NCBI GenBank assembly: GCA_964247055.1 | Contig: OZ176050.1 | Coordinates: 10,540,001 to 10,604,000 of the forward strand | Source of the DNA: Paragordius varius | Lineage: Eukaryota; Animalia; Nematomorpha | Reading direction: 5' to 3' | DNA length: 64,000 bases | Shown here: piece after piece, positions 1 through 13,794 of the stretch | Layout: each line of letters begins with the position of its first letter | Position numbering within the stretch: position 1 is the stretch's first letter | Notes under the pieces: generated by a model | What the model was told of the DNA's origin: nothing | The model's input: the letters and a program-made list of their open reading frames with translations, nothing else | The model's database searches: none | Made by a program: the position numbers and the translations under genes

Positions 1-1410
1 CAAAAAATTATTTTTGTGGACTTTGTTATTTTTGAAAAAAATGGCATTTTACGGGGGTAGCGGGTAAAAAGAGGGCCTAAATCAAAAGTGAGTCGACTAT
101 GTTCAGCGCGATCAAAAATAAGTAAACAAAAATCATATTTGAAATTGAATAGTCCAACACGTTCTCCAAAAATTTGACTTAACCCATTTTTCCCACGGGG
201 GGCCCGAACTAAGGACCTAATTCCAAAAAAGAACGAAGCTATTGTCGGGGCATTCATTAATGATTATATTTTTTCGAAGTTTGGATTTGAATGGGTCTAC
301 CGGTTTTCCTGTACCAGATCACAAAGCCAGCATTTTCCATTTTTATAAATATATAGATTACCATAAATAATGTATTAATATCCATATATCTTTTAACATG
401 CTATACATATGATAGATACTCCTTACTCAGCATCTATCATCAAAGAAACGCTTGACAAAAATTTTTGCCTTTTAACAGGTAATACAAAAAAACCTTCTCG
501 AATTTTTACAGTCTCATATCTTGGGCAAAAAAATACAATCAAAAAATTATTTTTGTGGACTTTGTTTTTTTTGAAAAAAATGGTATTTTACGGGGGTAGC
601 GGGTAAAAAGAGGGCCTAAATCAAAAGTGAGTCGACTATGTTCAGCGCGATCAAAAATAAGTAAATAAAAATCATATTTGAAAATGAATGGTCCAACACG
701 TTCTCCAAAAAATTGACTTAACCCATTTTTCACACGGGGTGGGCCCGAACTGGGAACCTAATTCCAGAAAAGGGCGAAGCTATTGTCGGGGCATTCCTTA
801 ATGATTATATTTTTTCGAAGTTTGGATTTGAATGGGTCTACCGGTTTTCCGGAAACGGATCACAAAGTTACATGAGGAATCAGTTTTTAGCGGGTAGCTC
901 CTTACCCAGCAGCTATCATCAAAAAACGCCTGACTAAAATTTTTGACTTTCAACAGGGAATACGTGGAATCCATATAGAATTTTTACGGTCTCATACCTA
1001 GGGTCGAAAAATCGATTTAAAAATTATTTTTGTGGACTTTGTTTTTTGAAAAAAATGGCATTTTACGGGGGGAGCGGGTAAAAAGAGGGCCCAAATCAAA
1101 AATGTGACCCCACTATGTTCGGCGCAATCGAAAATAAATAAACAAAAATCATATTTGAAATAGAATGGACCAACACGTTCTCCGGAAAATTGTCTTAAAG
1201 ACACGATTTTTGTAGACTTCTATTTTAAAAAAAACCGTTTTTCACACGGGGTGGGCCCGAACTGGGGGCCTATTTCAAAAAAAGGGCGAAGCTATTGTCG
1301 GGGCATTCATTAATGATTAAATTTTTTCGAAGTTTGGATTTGAATGGGTCTACCGGTTTTCCTGTACCAGATCACAAAGCCAGCATTTTCCATTTTTATA
1401 AATATATAGA
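1..1410 (-). mobile_element. Non-autonomous Helitron copy 1: 5' part made of ~500-bp tandem units, running off the window edge
   Basis: On the minus strand it starts A|TCTATATATTTATAAAAATGGAAAATGCTGG at 1410, a Helitron-type 5' TC after A. A second such 5' end lies at 357. The sequence is the reverse complement of 36649-38060, whose 3' end carries a hairpin plus CTAG|T. Confidence 0.85.
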
Positions 1411-1499
1411 TTAATAAATTCTAACTATGTAAGACTGCATAAGCATCTATGGTATTTAGGTTGCGATGTTTATATTTTTTAAATTATTGGCTTTCAAAA

Positions 1500-1562
1500 A
1501 GAGGAAGGGGGCACCATAAGAGTTTTACTCCCCGTGCGCCGTAAATGCTCATCACGCCACTG
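1500..1562. mobile_element. Terminal fragment of a small DNA transposon/MITE (ends ...ATCACGCCACTG)
   Basis: GC-rich patch ending in a CACGCCACTG-type terminus typical of CAGTGGCG-TIR MITEs. The partner end was not found. Confidence 0.3.
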
Positions 1563-2009
1563 TATTAATGACAAATATAACATTAAATATATGCCATTTA
1601 TAACCGGTCACAGTTATGAACATTTATAAATAAAATTCTAAACCAGATTGTTCGCATTTAATACACAAATTTATAGTATATATAGGGTATTTATTAAAAA
1701 AAAATTTTAAAGAAAGAATCAGTTTTGCCAGTCAAAAATATTTTTTTAATTTTTGCATCTCGCTTTACAGTATTTGTATTTCATCATTTACATAACAAAT
1801 GATTATGCTTCATATGCAAAAAAATTGAAATTGTACTAATAGCTTTTTATATAGTCGTGTCCTAAATCGTTGACAAACTATTCTAGACGGCATATAAAAG
1901 GGAAAAAATGACTTTTTTGTCCGAATAGTTGATAACTGATGATCGGAAATGCGCCTTAAATGAAAAAAAGTATATATAATTAATACACATCAAAATTTAG
2001 AATATATAT

Positions 2010-2560
2010 AAAATATTCATCGCAAAGTCTCGGCATTCTTGGGTTTATTTCGAACTAGCCTAGGAAGAGGAAATTTGGGACTTTCGAAGTCCACATCTAA
2101 AAATTAAATTTTAAAAAATATAGTTTTGCTTTTCATAAGTATGATACATTTTAGTATTTTCGGAAGGAAGCATTTTCACCCAAAAAGTTTATTTAAGAAT
2201 ATCGCGAAATTTGCCTTTTTCTGCTATGAAACACTTACCACAAAAGTGTAACAATCACTCGTATGGACCAAAACCAAAAGCATCCCTATAATTGATATCC
2301 TATCATATATATAGTTAAACAAGTTATTTTTTATGGACAATTAATATAGACAATATATTTTGATATAATTTTGGTATGAAATGTCTAGATTACACCAGAA
2401 AATTTCATTTAGCAAAAAGTTGAGCAAATTTCGCATTTTTTTGATAAAAAGCAATTACCATAAAATCATCATTCGTAATGCCTAATACTCAAAACACCAT
2501 GAGTATCCTGCTTTATATCAAAGATTACATATTATATTTAGATAATTATTTTTGCACATT
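2010..2560. repeat. Dispersed repeat family (related pieces at ~12060-12170, ~20170-20430, ~47900-48000)
   Basis: Shared blocks such as CACAAAAGTG..TAA..ACTCGTA.GG..C.AAACCAAAAGCA.C and GAAG.CCACATCTAAAA recur at these positions. Confidence 0.5.
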
Positions 2561-2976
2561 ATTTGTCGAAATTAAATAATAAAGCGAGGTTCCTTTTTGA
2601 ACTTCAAAAGATAAATAGATAATTTTATAAACTTTAATAACTTTAACAAATATCCGTAATTTCTGGTGTAAATTGAATTCACATATCATCATAGATATTT
2701 TATATGATTATTGGTTATATAGCATAATTAATTCATCATGAAAGTTAACTCCTAATAGCTTCACCCTGGTAACATAAATTTTTTTGATAGAATTGATAGC
2801 ATGTGGTTAATATATTTTAATTATACCCACAATGTAATTTAAACATTATTTAATTAACTTTTAGCACATCTTTTTAAAAATAATTTTTTAAACACCTGAT
2901 TAGTTTATACGTTTGATTTGTATTTATATTTAGCAAGCGGTATCAACATTGCCCTTTATTATATGATTTAAAATTT

Positions 2977-5482
2977 ATGTCAAGCCCCAAAGATATTTAT
3001 TATGAGGCAAAAAAACCTCGAACAAAATGGCAAAAATTTATGCGAGCCATATGGAATTCCGATCGTAAAGAGTTTTTAGGCAGAAATGCTGCTAGTTGGG
3101 GTATTATCATTATAATATTTAGCCAAAATTTTAATTGCTTATATAATTTTTTACCTGTTTTTGGCTGGTTTCTTTGCCATAATGATGGTTGTTTTTTTAC
3201 GTACACTAAGTCGGACGCGTCCTCGATACATTTTAAGTGACAGTATTATAGGCACAAATCCTGGTAATATATTTATTAAAAAGATCAAATCATATCTTAT
3301 GCTAAAATATTTCAATATAGGTATGGGTTATAGACCTCATCCTGATCCTGAAAAAACTCTTATTTATTTTCATCCCAATAAACCAAACACTTATTCACCC
3401 TACATCGATGATTTAAACAAATTTTTGAAAAGTATGCGCATATTTTTTGTTGCATTTATTATGTTTATGATTATTTATAATTTACTAATTTATGTAACAC
3501 TTTTAATGATGCTAGTTATATATAAATATTTTTTGGCTCTAAGCAAAATATTTTCATACACATATTTAAACGATAAATATGCTTGAAGCCTTTTTTAAAA
3601 TAAAAATAACATATATTTTTTCATCATTGGTGTTGGTGATATATTTAATAATATTTATTATTTTAGAACTTTTTTATACCATATTTTAACTTTTTTCAAA
3701 ATTTGGCTAAAAATATTTTTTTGAATTATTTTTAAAGCATATATATACAATGGATAAATATTTTGCATTGTTATATGTATATACTTTGTGTGTTGTAGCG
3801 CGATGAAAGATTTATTATTAATTTTAATAGTAAAAAAATAATGAATTTATTGATTTAGATACAGTTTATGTAGTTAGCTATATTTAGTTAGCCTACTACA
3901 TAGTATGTGCGCAATACAAAATAAAGCTATAACTTAAAGAGTAATTTATTAAGCGGTTAAATGCCGGTTAATATTTTTGATTTTGCGGATATTTTGACGA
4001 AATACTTAGCGTTGTTTTTGCATAATGTTTACGGACTAAACCTTCAAAAATTTGAGTAAGCTGTTTTTTGAATATGATTTTCAATGCACGATTAGGTTTT
4101 AGCGAATCTATGTATTTTCTGTCGATTATGGTATATTATGTTATTCCACTCATTACAATAATATATTTTATATATAGTTAAATACATCCATATTATTGAT
4201 TATATGGTCGTTAAGAGCAAAAAAAGTTTAAATGTTTGAAACGAAGGAATCTTTTTTTATTGATTACACTTTTGATCTATTTTTCCATGTCAGCTTAAAA
4301 CTTAAAATTATTTTATCTAACAAAAATATAATCACTAACATATTTATATATATTTGATTGCTAATTTTGTACAATACAACCCATTTTTAGCATATGAAAC
4401 GAGTGATCAAATGGAAGGGGAAGATTTCCTCAATTGTAATTACCAGCAAAAGGTTAGAGATGAACAAATCTGTAAAGTCGATATTAAGGACGTGAGCGAA
4501 GGTTGTGATAAATCCAGGGATTATGGTTACAAGGATGGGAAACCATGCGTCCTACTCAAACTTAACAAAGTTAATTTTTTTACGTTTATACATATTTTTT
4601 TGGGTATTACTTTAAAGTGTGGATCCATATTTATTGGTTATTGGAAAGGTAAATAAATATAAATGATTGATATAGTGTGAAAATTTGTACCTACTTTTAT
4701 TTTATACAATATCTAAAAACTCTCCGCAAGTGACGTAAACATTAAGAATAAGTCACATTATTTCATAAGTATTAAATGACATAAAAATTTTAAAAATTAT
4801 AATATTGCATGCAATTGAAAATTTACATAATATATTAATAAACATTGACTTTAAAAATAAAGCACATGATTGTGAAAATATCTCAAATTTTAGTTGAGTC
4901 ACAAGTTTATCATAAACCTCCCTTACGGTATTATTCTTATTTAATATTACAACTATATATTTACTGATATAATTTATCTTTGACTGTAATGCAAATTTAT
5001 TGGCAGAAGAAATATTTTTTGTTTTTGTTAATGATGGTACACTTAAATATGTTTTCTTTTAACTTTATTTGAACATAATTTTTTTTATTGTTGATCTGAG
5101 ATTATGTCCAAAATTTGAACTTTTTGTAAAGAAAATAGGATGGGAACTACCTCTAATGTTTTTGCAAGTTTTTTGTTAAATACCTAATTTTATATTTGCT
5201 AATGTACAATTTGTTGATTTTTAGTAACTATCATCTATTTTTCTGGTCCAATAATTTAGTTCTCTTTTTTTTCATTGCTTATAAATTATTTATGAAGCAA
5301 ATTTCCATTGTAATTAAATGTGATGCATATAATGAATGAACAGATCAAAATTGCATCTCCGATTTTAAATTTTACCATATAACTATTATACTTTTAGGTT
5401 AATTTATATTATCATATGTATACTTGATATATACCCATTTTTTGTTCATTTAATTAAACATTAAACAGTGTTTACTTTATAG

Positions 5483-5514
<32 letters not shown>

Positions 5515-8142
5515 GCAAATTTGACAACTATTAAATTTTGCCATTTTTTTTGGTTTTTCTGGAATAATTTAATAGTTTATTGAAATTTATTTTTGACAAA
5601 ACTAGTTTCAGTTAATTTATATAAATTGGGACTAATTGCTTTTAGATGCTAATATATTATTTGTTCTTAATTTTTAAGATAATATGGGATTGATCTTAAT
5701 TTTAATAATGCGTGCGTCTAACCTTTAAAACTAGCTTGCTTTGTTACTAGCATCATTCATAATTTCCATTTTTTAGCAAAACAATTTTTTTTGCTATAGA
5801 GTATTTTAGTAGGTGTTTACAAAATTTTACCATTTTAATTATGTAAATATTATATTAATTGAAATATGAAGTTATATTTTTTTCATAATTATTTATTAAT
5901 GGTGTGTCATTTGAGATCAATAAAATTATTATAAAAATAATAGAATAGACATAAGTTTGGTGCTAATTGATTTTAAAAGGAATAATAATGATATGAATGC
6001 CACACTTATATCCTGTTTTAGATTAGATATTTTAATCAGTGCTTATTTTGCACCATTATTTTATCATAAACAAATGATTCATTGAGAAGTTTTTTAATTA
6101 TATAAGTATTTAATAGAATCATATGTTGCTTAAAGAGCTTAATATAAACGGTAATATAGTCATTATGAATATATTCTTTTTCACGATAATTTTATTTAAT
6201 TTCAATATTAATAATTATTTTAGATTTTTTGATTTTAATATTGTGTAACTTGAATAATGTTTTTTATAATTAAGATTTATGGGTGGAAGCCAAAGCCTTA
6301 TGCCCCCAACAAAATACCAACTGATGTTATAGCTTCTTATGATAATAGATATGTCACAATACGATGCGAAGGCGAAGTATAACATTAATTTTTATTTTGC
6401 ATTTTATGAAATTTATTAAAACTACTAATTAAATAACCATCTTTTTTTAAGTTTGATTTATCAAGTTTAGTAAAGAGTTGTCTTAATCAAAATCTAATGT
6501 TTCATTTTCATTTATGATGTAGTCATAAGTCAATACCGGTTTAATTAAGAAAAGGTGTGAGCGAAAAGTACCCAATCAAATAATTTTATAGTTCATCTGA
6601 CATTATACTATAATCACCCACAATTTAGTCCGCCAGAAGATCGTCTTTTTAGCATTCAGTATTGCTTTTATATCAGAAAAATTATGAAGTCATCGTTTTC
6701 TGCTAAAAACATATGCTTAAGATGCTCTATCGATAAAACATGTGAAACATTCGTAAATTTAAAAGTTGTGATTTTAAGAGAGAGAGACCAGGCGCTTTGA
6801 TAAACCATACAATTGCGAAAACGATAAAGTTTACGAGTTAATTATATGTATAAGAATTAATTCATAACGAGCAATGAGAAAGACCAATAACTTGTGAATA
6901 GGTTTCACACAGTTTCAACAATATCCAAAATCGCAAAGTCGCTTAAGAAATCTTTTTTTGAGCCACGTAAGGAATTTTTACTTCGAACTCTGAAAAGTGG
7001 TTTTTTTAAAAAACTTTGCTTCATTCCAAGCCAGCCTAGTAACACCAGGTCAAATCATTTGGAAAAAACTACTCTGTGTCTGGTGGGATTAGAGCTGTAT
7101 TTTGTTTTATGAACCCTTTAGAAGTCTGGTGAAACCGTTAATACACAACGTTATCGCCAACAAATGATTCATTTAATCATGCAATAATCGAAAAATGATA
7201 AGAATGGGCCAGAACACATGGCAAAATGATTGCATAATATTGCTCTCTTTTTCGCAACGAATCCAAGTTACCTTGAAATCGTTTTGATGAGCACTTTCGC
7301 ATCCCCCATACTATCCTGTGGTTCACACTCTCGCAGAGCGGTTGAATAATTTCGAAGACGTTTGGCTTGATGAAGTGTTTGCCGGAAAAGACAATCAGTG
7401 TTTCTGGCAGTCATTCTTAAATTATCTGAAGGATTGCGTAAATCTCGATAATGATTTGGATAAAATAAATATTTATTTTTTCAAATCACACTTTTTACTA
7501 AGAAACTGGTGTAAACATATGGCCACACTCTACATTTATTTATAAATATTGATTACAATGAGAAGTCAAGGATGAGAATCATAAATCAATATATAGAAAA
7601 TATTTGAAATGTTTTATTTTTTTAAATCCATTGTCAATGATTCTACCATCTATCTTTACTTTTAGATTGTTATAACTTTTATCAGAAATTAAATTCATAA
7701 ACGATTTATTGTTGTTGAAAATATTATGCCTTTTTCTTTATTCATGATTACTTTGCACAGTCAATGTATGAGTAATAAGCCAAAACATCTGACTTGCATA
7801 TAAACAGCGTTTTTTATCCTTAAGGCATCATAAAACTTTAGCCTTTTTTACTATATAACATAGTTATTTTACATTTATGCATTGTAGAACGCAGCGGATC
7901 AAGAAAATATTGGTGAAATAACGTATTACCCATCGCCCAAGGGTATTTCCTACCTAGCTTTTCCATTCCTCAATCAAAAGGGCTATCAGGAATCGTTTAT
8001 TATGGCAAAATTTAACAATCCTCAACGTGGAATCCTTATCAATGTTATATGCAAGGCTTATGCCGGTAACATTGTTCACGATAAACCAAATGAAGAATCG
8101 AAACTCCGTGGTGCTGTACGTTTTGAGTTATTGGTTGATTAA
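2977..8142 (+). CDS. ATP1B: Na+/K+-transporting ATPase beta subunit (nervana/ATP1B family), 6 exons, 303 aa
   Basis: Exons 2977-3100, 3123-3263, 3321-3431, 4391-4569, 6275-6376 and 7888-8142 splice GT-AG, in phase, to 912 nt. Family motifs: EFLGRNAASWAKILIAYIIFYLFLAGFF (TM), [33 protein letters not shown], C-terminal RGAVRFELLVD*. Confidence 0.95.
3101..3122 (+). other. 22-nt GT-AG micro-intron (Na/K-ATPase beta intron 1)
   Basis: GTATTATCATTATAATATTTAG. Removing it joins frame 2977 to frame 3161 and restores SW-A-KILIAYIIFYLFLAGFF. Confidence 0.88.
6515..7531 (+). mobile_element. Degenerate mariner (Mos1-like) transposon in Na/K-ATPase beta intron 5
   Basis: Broken transposase: RYRQQMIHLNHAIIEK, SHPPYYP, MVHTLAERLNNFEDVWLDEVFAGKD, resembling the Mos1 C-terminus. 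Degenerate TIRs near 6517 (CATAAGT..TACCGGTTT) and 7500-7531. Confidence 0.75.
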
Positions 8143-8480
8143 AAGTAAAGGGGGAAGAGAAATTTTATTTTTGGTTATATCTAATTTTAAAAAAAATAAT
8201 TTATTTGTGTTTGATTACCATATTATAATCAAGATGTGTCTCACTAAAATGTTTTTTTACCCGTATAAATCTAAGAATATGTGTTATAATGCATATGTTT
8301 TATGATGACTGGTTTTTTATATCTCACCACTCTCTCGTAAACCCTGACATATACAGATGGATAATAAATGTATCCCCCATGTTTTTTCGTTTCTCCAAAT
8401 AATATAAATATTTCGTATGAAATTATTAATTATATCAACCTATTTTAATACTACTTATTATACGCCTCATGGTATTCATA

Positions 8481-8515
<35 letters not shown>

Positions 8516-9606
8516 CATTTAATTTTTACTGAATAAGTGCTTTCCAATTCATAACTAAGAATATTATGTTTCCACTCTTTTTTTTCCACACGAAAAGGCT
8601 TTACATCCCATTATTTTTACATACATATACTATATATCATTATTTTACAACTTATTGATTAATGATGTAGATATATTTATGGCCATCTTAAACCTTACAT
8701 ACATATACATATAGATATCTGGTCATTCATGTATTTTGTAAATAAATGATAAAATTTTTGCGTATCAAAACATATAAAATACATATTTGCCGATCCTTAA
8801 ATTATTATTTAGTACTTTAAAAAAATATCCAGGTTAGTTAGGAAATGCACCCTACAAATATTTGATCATATTTGTTTGGTTTTTAAGTAAGGATACATAA
8901 TTTACCTTTTTTTATTCATTAATAAAGAATGGTGTTAATTCACGAAACAATGATTCGTTAATTGTTTTTTTTTGCAATATTAATTATTCATTGTGATATT
9001 AGTAAAATAAAAAATTAGCGATGAGTATGCTTAGCGGAATGGTAGAGTAAGTAGGGCGCCCGAATGACCGCTTAATTATGATCGAAATTTTATTTTTTCA
9101 TAATCACTCTCAGCCCTAAGCATGCGAATTATAAGGGGATGGGACTTTGTGTATTATAACTAAATTTTTCGTTTTAAAAATACTTGGCTTTTAAAATTTA
9201 TCAGGTTTATTAGACATGTTCAAAGGTAAATTTGATTTGTAAATTTTATTTTAAAGTTATAATTTTTGTAATTTAGGTAAAATTTGAAAAAGATTCTTAG
9301 ATGATGGTGATGGCTTTCGGTATCTAATTATATAAAATAAATGATTTTATTAATTGACTCGTGCATAGTCTTGAAAATCTTCACATATTTCTATCAAAAA
9401 ATGTTTATTGCATTAAAATATATTTGTCACCATAAATGAAAGATACTCCTTTAAATTAATATTTTGTTCAGGTTTTAAAATATTTTGTATTACATTAAAT
9501 ACTCACCTATTTCCTTTTTAGTGATTTCATCCATATCGATCGCTTGGAGCTTTTTCCAAATATTTTTTTTCCTTAAAAGATTAATATTTCATTCCAAAAT
9601 ATCGTT

Positions 9607-9700
9607 TAACATTTGGATCCATCAACACATTCATTTCAGTCCTCCGATTCAAATAGGGAACCCCGAGCCTGTTTCAAATCAAATATTTTTAAAAATATGG
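9607..9700 (-). mobile_element. Right-end fragment of the piggyBac-like MITE family
   Basis: The reverse complement reads CCCTATTTGAATCGGAGGACTGAAATGAATGTGTTG..CCAAATG|TTAA, matching the ends at 23430-23482 and 40213-40263. Confidence 0.55.
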
Positions 9701-12700
9701 AACAAACTTAAATTGCAAAAGTCTGCTTGTATTTAACATTAATGCACTGAAATATAAAAACAAAATTAATTTTAAAAAATTTGATAGTACTTATTTTATG
9801 GATGAACCTCAAGGTAAAACATGTATGTGCATTTGGTTATATAAATACAAAACCTTTTTTCTGTTTATATCAATGATAGAAACAAAATATTAATTTAGTT
9901 ATTTTGGCTTATTTATACAATTTTTATTTTGATCAATAAATTTAAATTGGAACCGTTTTCAGCAGTTTTTTAAAAAATAGCATTATTATATTCTGGGGTG
10001 TTTTGACATTTGAATCGAAGTAATATTGCAACCATGTTCATAAAACAAAACAAAATTTTTGTAAATTTTAATTTAAGGATCCAAAAGTCTCATAACTTTG
10101 GCATTTTTTAAAAGGGAGTTTTCTCAAAATAATGCAAACGAAATTGCTCGATAAAATATAAGGTAAATTTTGGATCAGCAGATATTTTGGAAAAGTTAAC
10201 GTTGTTTAACATTTCATGATCTTTTCACTTTTTTGAGGCAGTTTTTTATCTCAGCTCAATTTTGTAAATAAACTACAGTTTTGAAAGTTATTTTAGTTAA
10301 ATTATTAAACATTGTATTTGTGTATTAAATAGAGCTTTATTTTTACAGTTTCGTGACTTCAAATGTCAAAAATTGGAACATTCCTAAAACATAATTACAA
10401 CAGCTGATATTAAAAAAATATATCAAATTTTTGCTAGTAAAATGTAGCCTGAAAGCTTAAAGTTTATTATTTACTTTTTCTAATCATAATAAACATTTAT
10501 TTGGCAGTTGCTTTAGCGATTTAAAAAATCGGAAACGGCAACGAAAATGTTTGAGATGAAGATTTTTTACAATTTTGCATTTTTAAAAAAAAATATATAA
10601 TGCGCTTGAAGGGCTAGAGAAAGCAATCTTTATTCGACTTAATAGCTTAATTTTATATTTAAATCTCAAATCACTCTGGGATATAAAACTACCCCAAAAG
10701 GTGATGGAGCTTTAATTTAATTTTTAGCGATTTTGTTGAAGGGTATTTTAGGGATTTTTTAAGCATAGTGGAAACGGTATAAAAATACTTTATATCACTT
10801 GAGATTTTGACTAAAAGATTTTTAATTAGAGTCAATTTTTTTTGAATTTAAAACAAATTTTTTATGCTAGATACAGAGGTGCTATAAACCAGCACATACC
10901 ACAGTCCACAAAATATCTTGGTGTAATTTATATATTATGATGGATAAATGTATTAACTTTCTCATGGTGCTTTTGGTTGTAAGGTCACAGGTTACATAAG
11001 AAATATTACCACTTTTATGGTGATAAATCCATATCTCAAAAAACCCACATTATGCTTAATTCTTTTGGTGAAAGCTTAATGCTTCATTATCATTGAACTA
11101 CATCATAACTAAATTTACAAAGCAAAATAAACATATTTTTAGATTTTGGCTCCGAAATACTCAAATTTTTGGCCCGCCCTAAAATGGGCTATATTTCTTA
11201 AAAAAACGCAATAATGCAATGATTTTGCGACAAATATTTTTAGTATATGTTAGATTATGACATCAAAAAAATATGTTTGAAAAAATGCATACATTGTATA
11301 AAAATTATATTTCGAATTTTCTTGTGAGCGCATTTTGTGTTGTTATGGAGTACGGTGAAAACGGCATAAAAACACTTTTAGATATTATAAAAACATTTTT
11401 TTTCTATATCATTGATTATGATCAGTTTTATTCTTTAAGTTTAATTTATTCGTCCTCAAATTCAAGTATATATCTCTTAAACCCCATTAATGGAATTTTT
11501 AAAATAAATTATATACATATATATATATATTTCTGGCGTATGTAGTTTTTTATCAATATATGAGGGTAAATTTAAATGAAAACCACCAAGTTTGGGTGTT
11601 TTAAATTATCAATTGGAAGTTAGTTTGGGACATCCAGTTACCCAAAGGTATCGCGTCTTCAAAAAGTAGAATTTTTTGATAAAAATATTTTATACCCAAA
11701 TTTGAAGGTTAAAGAACCTTTTGACCGAAATTCTAAGGCACTAAATTACATAGAAAGGTCTATTTCTAAATTCTTAAAATGATTTTCTACGGTTTTTTCT
11801 CGCCAAAATATTATAAAATACGGTTTATTAAAACTTTGCTAAAAATTGAATTTTAACAAAGTGTATTAATCTAAAAATATTTTTGAAGTTATTATCTAGC
11901 ATAGAAAAATATTCTTCAAATTACAGCATATTTGTGATCCCGTTTTAGAGAGGGCCATTGAAAGCTTTGAATCACATCTAATTAACATTCCTTTGCCTTT
12001 TATTTAATATAGTTTATGTTGATATTTATGATGATTTACCAAATATATTTTTTAGCATAATAGCGAGTTTCGCCATCGATATAGAACGATTAGCACAAAA
12101 GTGGTAATAACTGTCTTAAGTACCCGTAAGGCCCCAAACCAAAAGCACCATGAGAACCTGAGACATTTATCTATCATTATATATATATATATATATATAT
12201 ATTCACCAAAAACTAGCGACTCATATTTAACATTCAGTAATCATGTGTAATTTTAAAAAAAGGTTATTAAACAAGTAAACAAGTAAAGGGTGTAGCGTCG
12301 GAAGATCGTCGGCCACCTGCCGTCAAGGCAATCCCTACCCACCCGTAATGCATTGAGCTTCAGAGCGGGGAAACACATCGGAGGTTGGGGTTGACGTTAG
12401 TATCTACATACATAAATAAATGCCTTCATGTTAGATGTGTTAATGGGAGTTAGTATAGTTAATAAGCTATATATATATATATACATATATTTTTAAAAGA
12501 AATGTTAATATCGCCTTGTTAGGTAAATAAAAGCAATATTTGAGTTTAAATAACCGTACAAACAGGGTTTGATTACTCCATAAAGTAATGTCAAAGGTCT
12601 ATATTGGATCAAATGTAGAGTTAATTTTAAGCTCTTATCTTTGGTGTGGAAGGGGGTCTTCTTTTGCTTCTAAATGAGTGTGGCCTTTAGGGTAGACCAA

Positions 12701-12719
12701 TTTTGGAGATCTTAGACAT

Positions 12720-13780
12720 TACAAGCGTCAACGTTACCCCTTCGTGCGACCATGTTTCAGTTGTACTTCAACTGGGACGCTAACCCAGGATAAGTGGTCG
12801 GGGACCTTGCTCTGAGGTAAGTCTCAACTCCGACCAACAAAATGTCGGAGATTGGTAACCAGCCCTGCTCAAATATCAGCGGCTCCAACATTGCTTCCCA
12901 GGACGTCGTCCCACAATAATTGGCTAATAGTCTACTCAGAGTCGCGTCTTGCATGCTTTATACATTCAGTGGTACATTTTGTTCGTAATATATCTGTGGG
13001 AAGCAGTCTATATTCTTAACTAACTGTACAGGTGTTTACCATTAACAGATTTTGTTTTAAATATTACATCAATACTAACTGACTTTAACAGAGCGTTGTA
13101 AAATAAAAATTTATACCTTAATTACATGAATACTAACTGACATTAACAGAGCGTTGTAAAATAAAAATGTATACCTTAATTATATGAATACTAACTGACA
13201 TTAACAGAGCGTTGTGAAATAAAAATGTATACCTTAATTACATGAATACTAACTGACATTAACAAAGCGTTTTAAAATAAAAATTTATACCTTAATTACA
13301 TCAATATTAACTGACATTAACAGAGCGTTGTAAAATAAAATTCATACCTTATCCAGCAGTGGGAATTAACCTTAAAATAATACCGACTTCGCAATAGTAT
13401 CATTCAATCTGGAGCAAAGTATCCGCAAATAAAAGTTGAATATTGGTAATCAGCCCTCAAATATCAGCGGTTCCGATGTCATCGTCATATAGCAGGGAAG
13501 TTTTGCGTTGGTTTTCAACGGGATAGGATTAGTAACTCTGGTGCGTTTCCTCTTGCCAAGAGCTTAAAAGTGATCGAGGTTTTCGGGGTATAATCGTAAT
13601 TGCGTTCATCAGCGCAGCTTCAAGAGCTCAGTTGGCCACAATTATTAAAGCTTTTTCGGTAAGTTTTAAAGATCGGGGTCATTAAGGATTTACGGTCATT
13701 GTTCGATTCTAGCCTGGAGAGGATGTTGCGTCAGCCGGTGCCATACATCAAAAAGTCCTACCGAAAACTGAAATATCGGT
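12720..13780 (-). mobile_element. Two related degenerate retroelement-like fragments flanking a 58-bp tandem array
   Basis: 12860-12900 and 13445-13480 share CAGCCC..CAAATATCAGCGG.TCC, and both halves contain CCACAAT.ATT. The minus-strand translation of 13550-13760 has a weak resemblance to an R2/NeSL-type N-terminal Myb region. Family uncertain. Confidence 0.3.
13063..13351. repeat. 58-bp tandem repeat, about 4.8 copies
   Basis: Unit AATACTAACTGAC(A/T)TTAACAGAGCGTTGTAAAATAAAAAT(T/G)TATACCTTAATTACATG, starting at 13071, 13129, 13187, 13245 and ~13302. Confidence 0.95.
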
Positions 13781-13794
13781 GTGCTTGTCATATT

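Noticed and set aside
409-1204. Short ORFs (409-606, 539-733, 998-1204) and their mirrors at 36567-38528
   Set aside because: They fall inside the Helitron tandem units on both strands, lack protein motifs and are not conserved in frame between copies.
13063-13351. Possible CRISPR-like array
   Set aside because: Contiguous 58-bp tandem units with no variable spacers.
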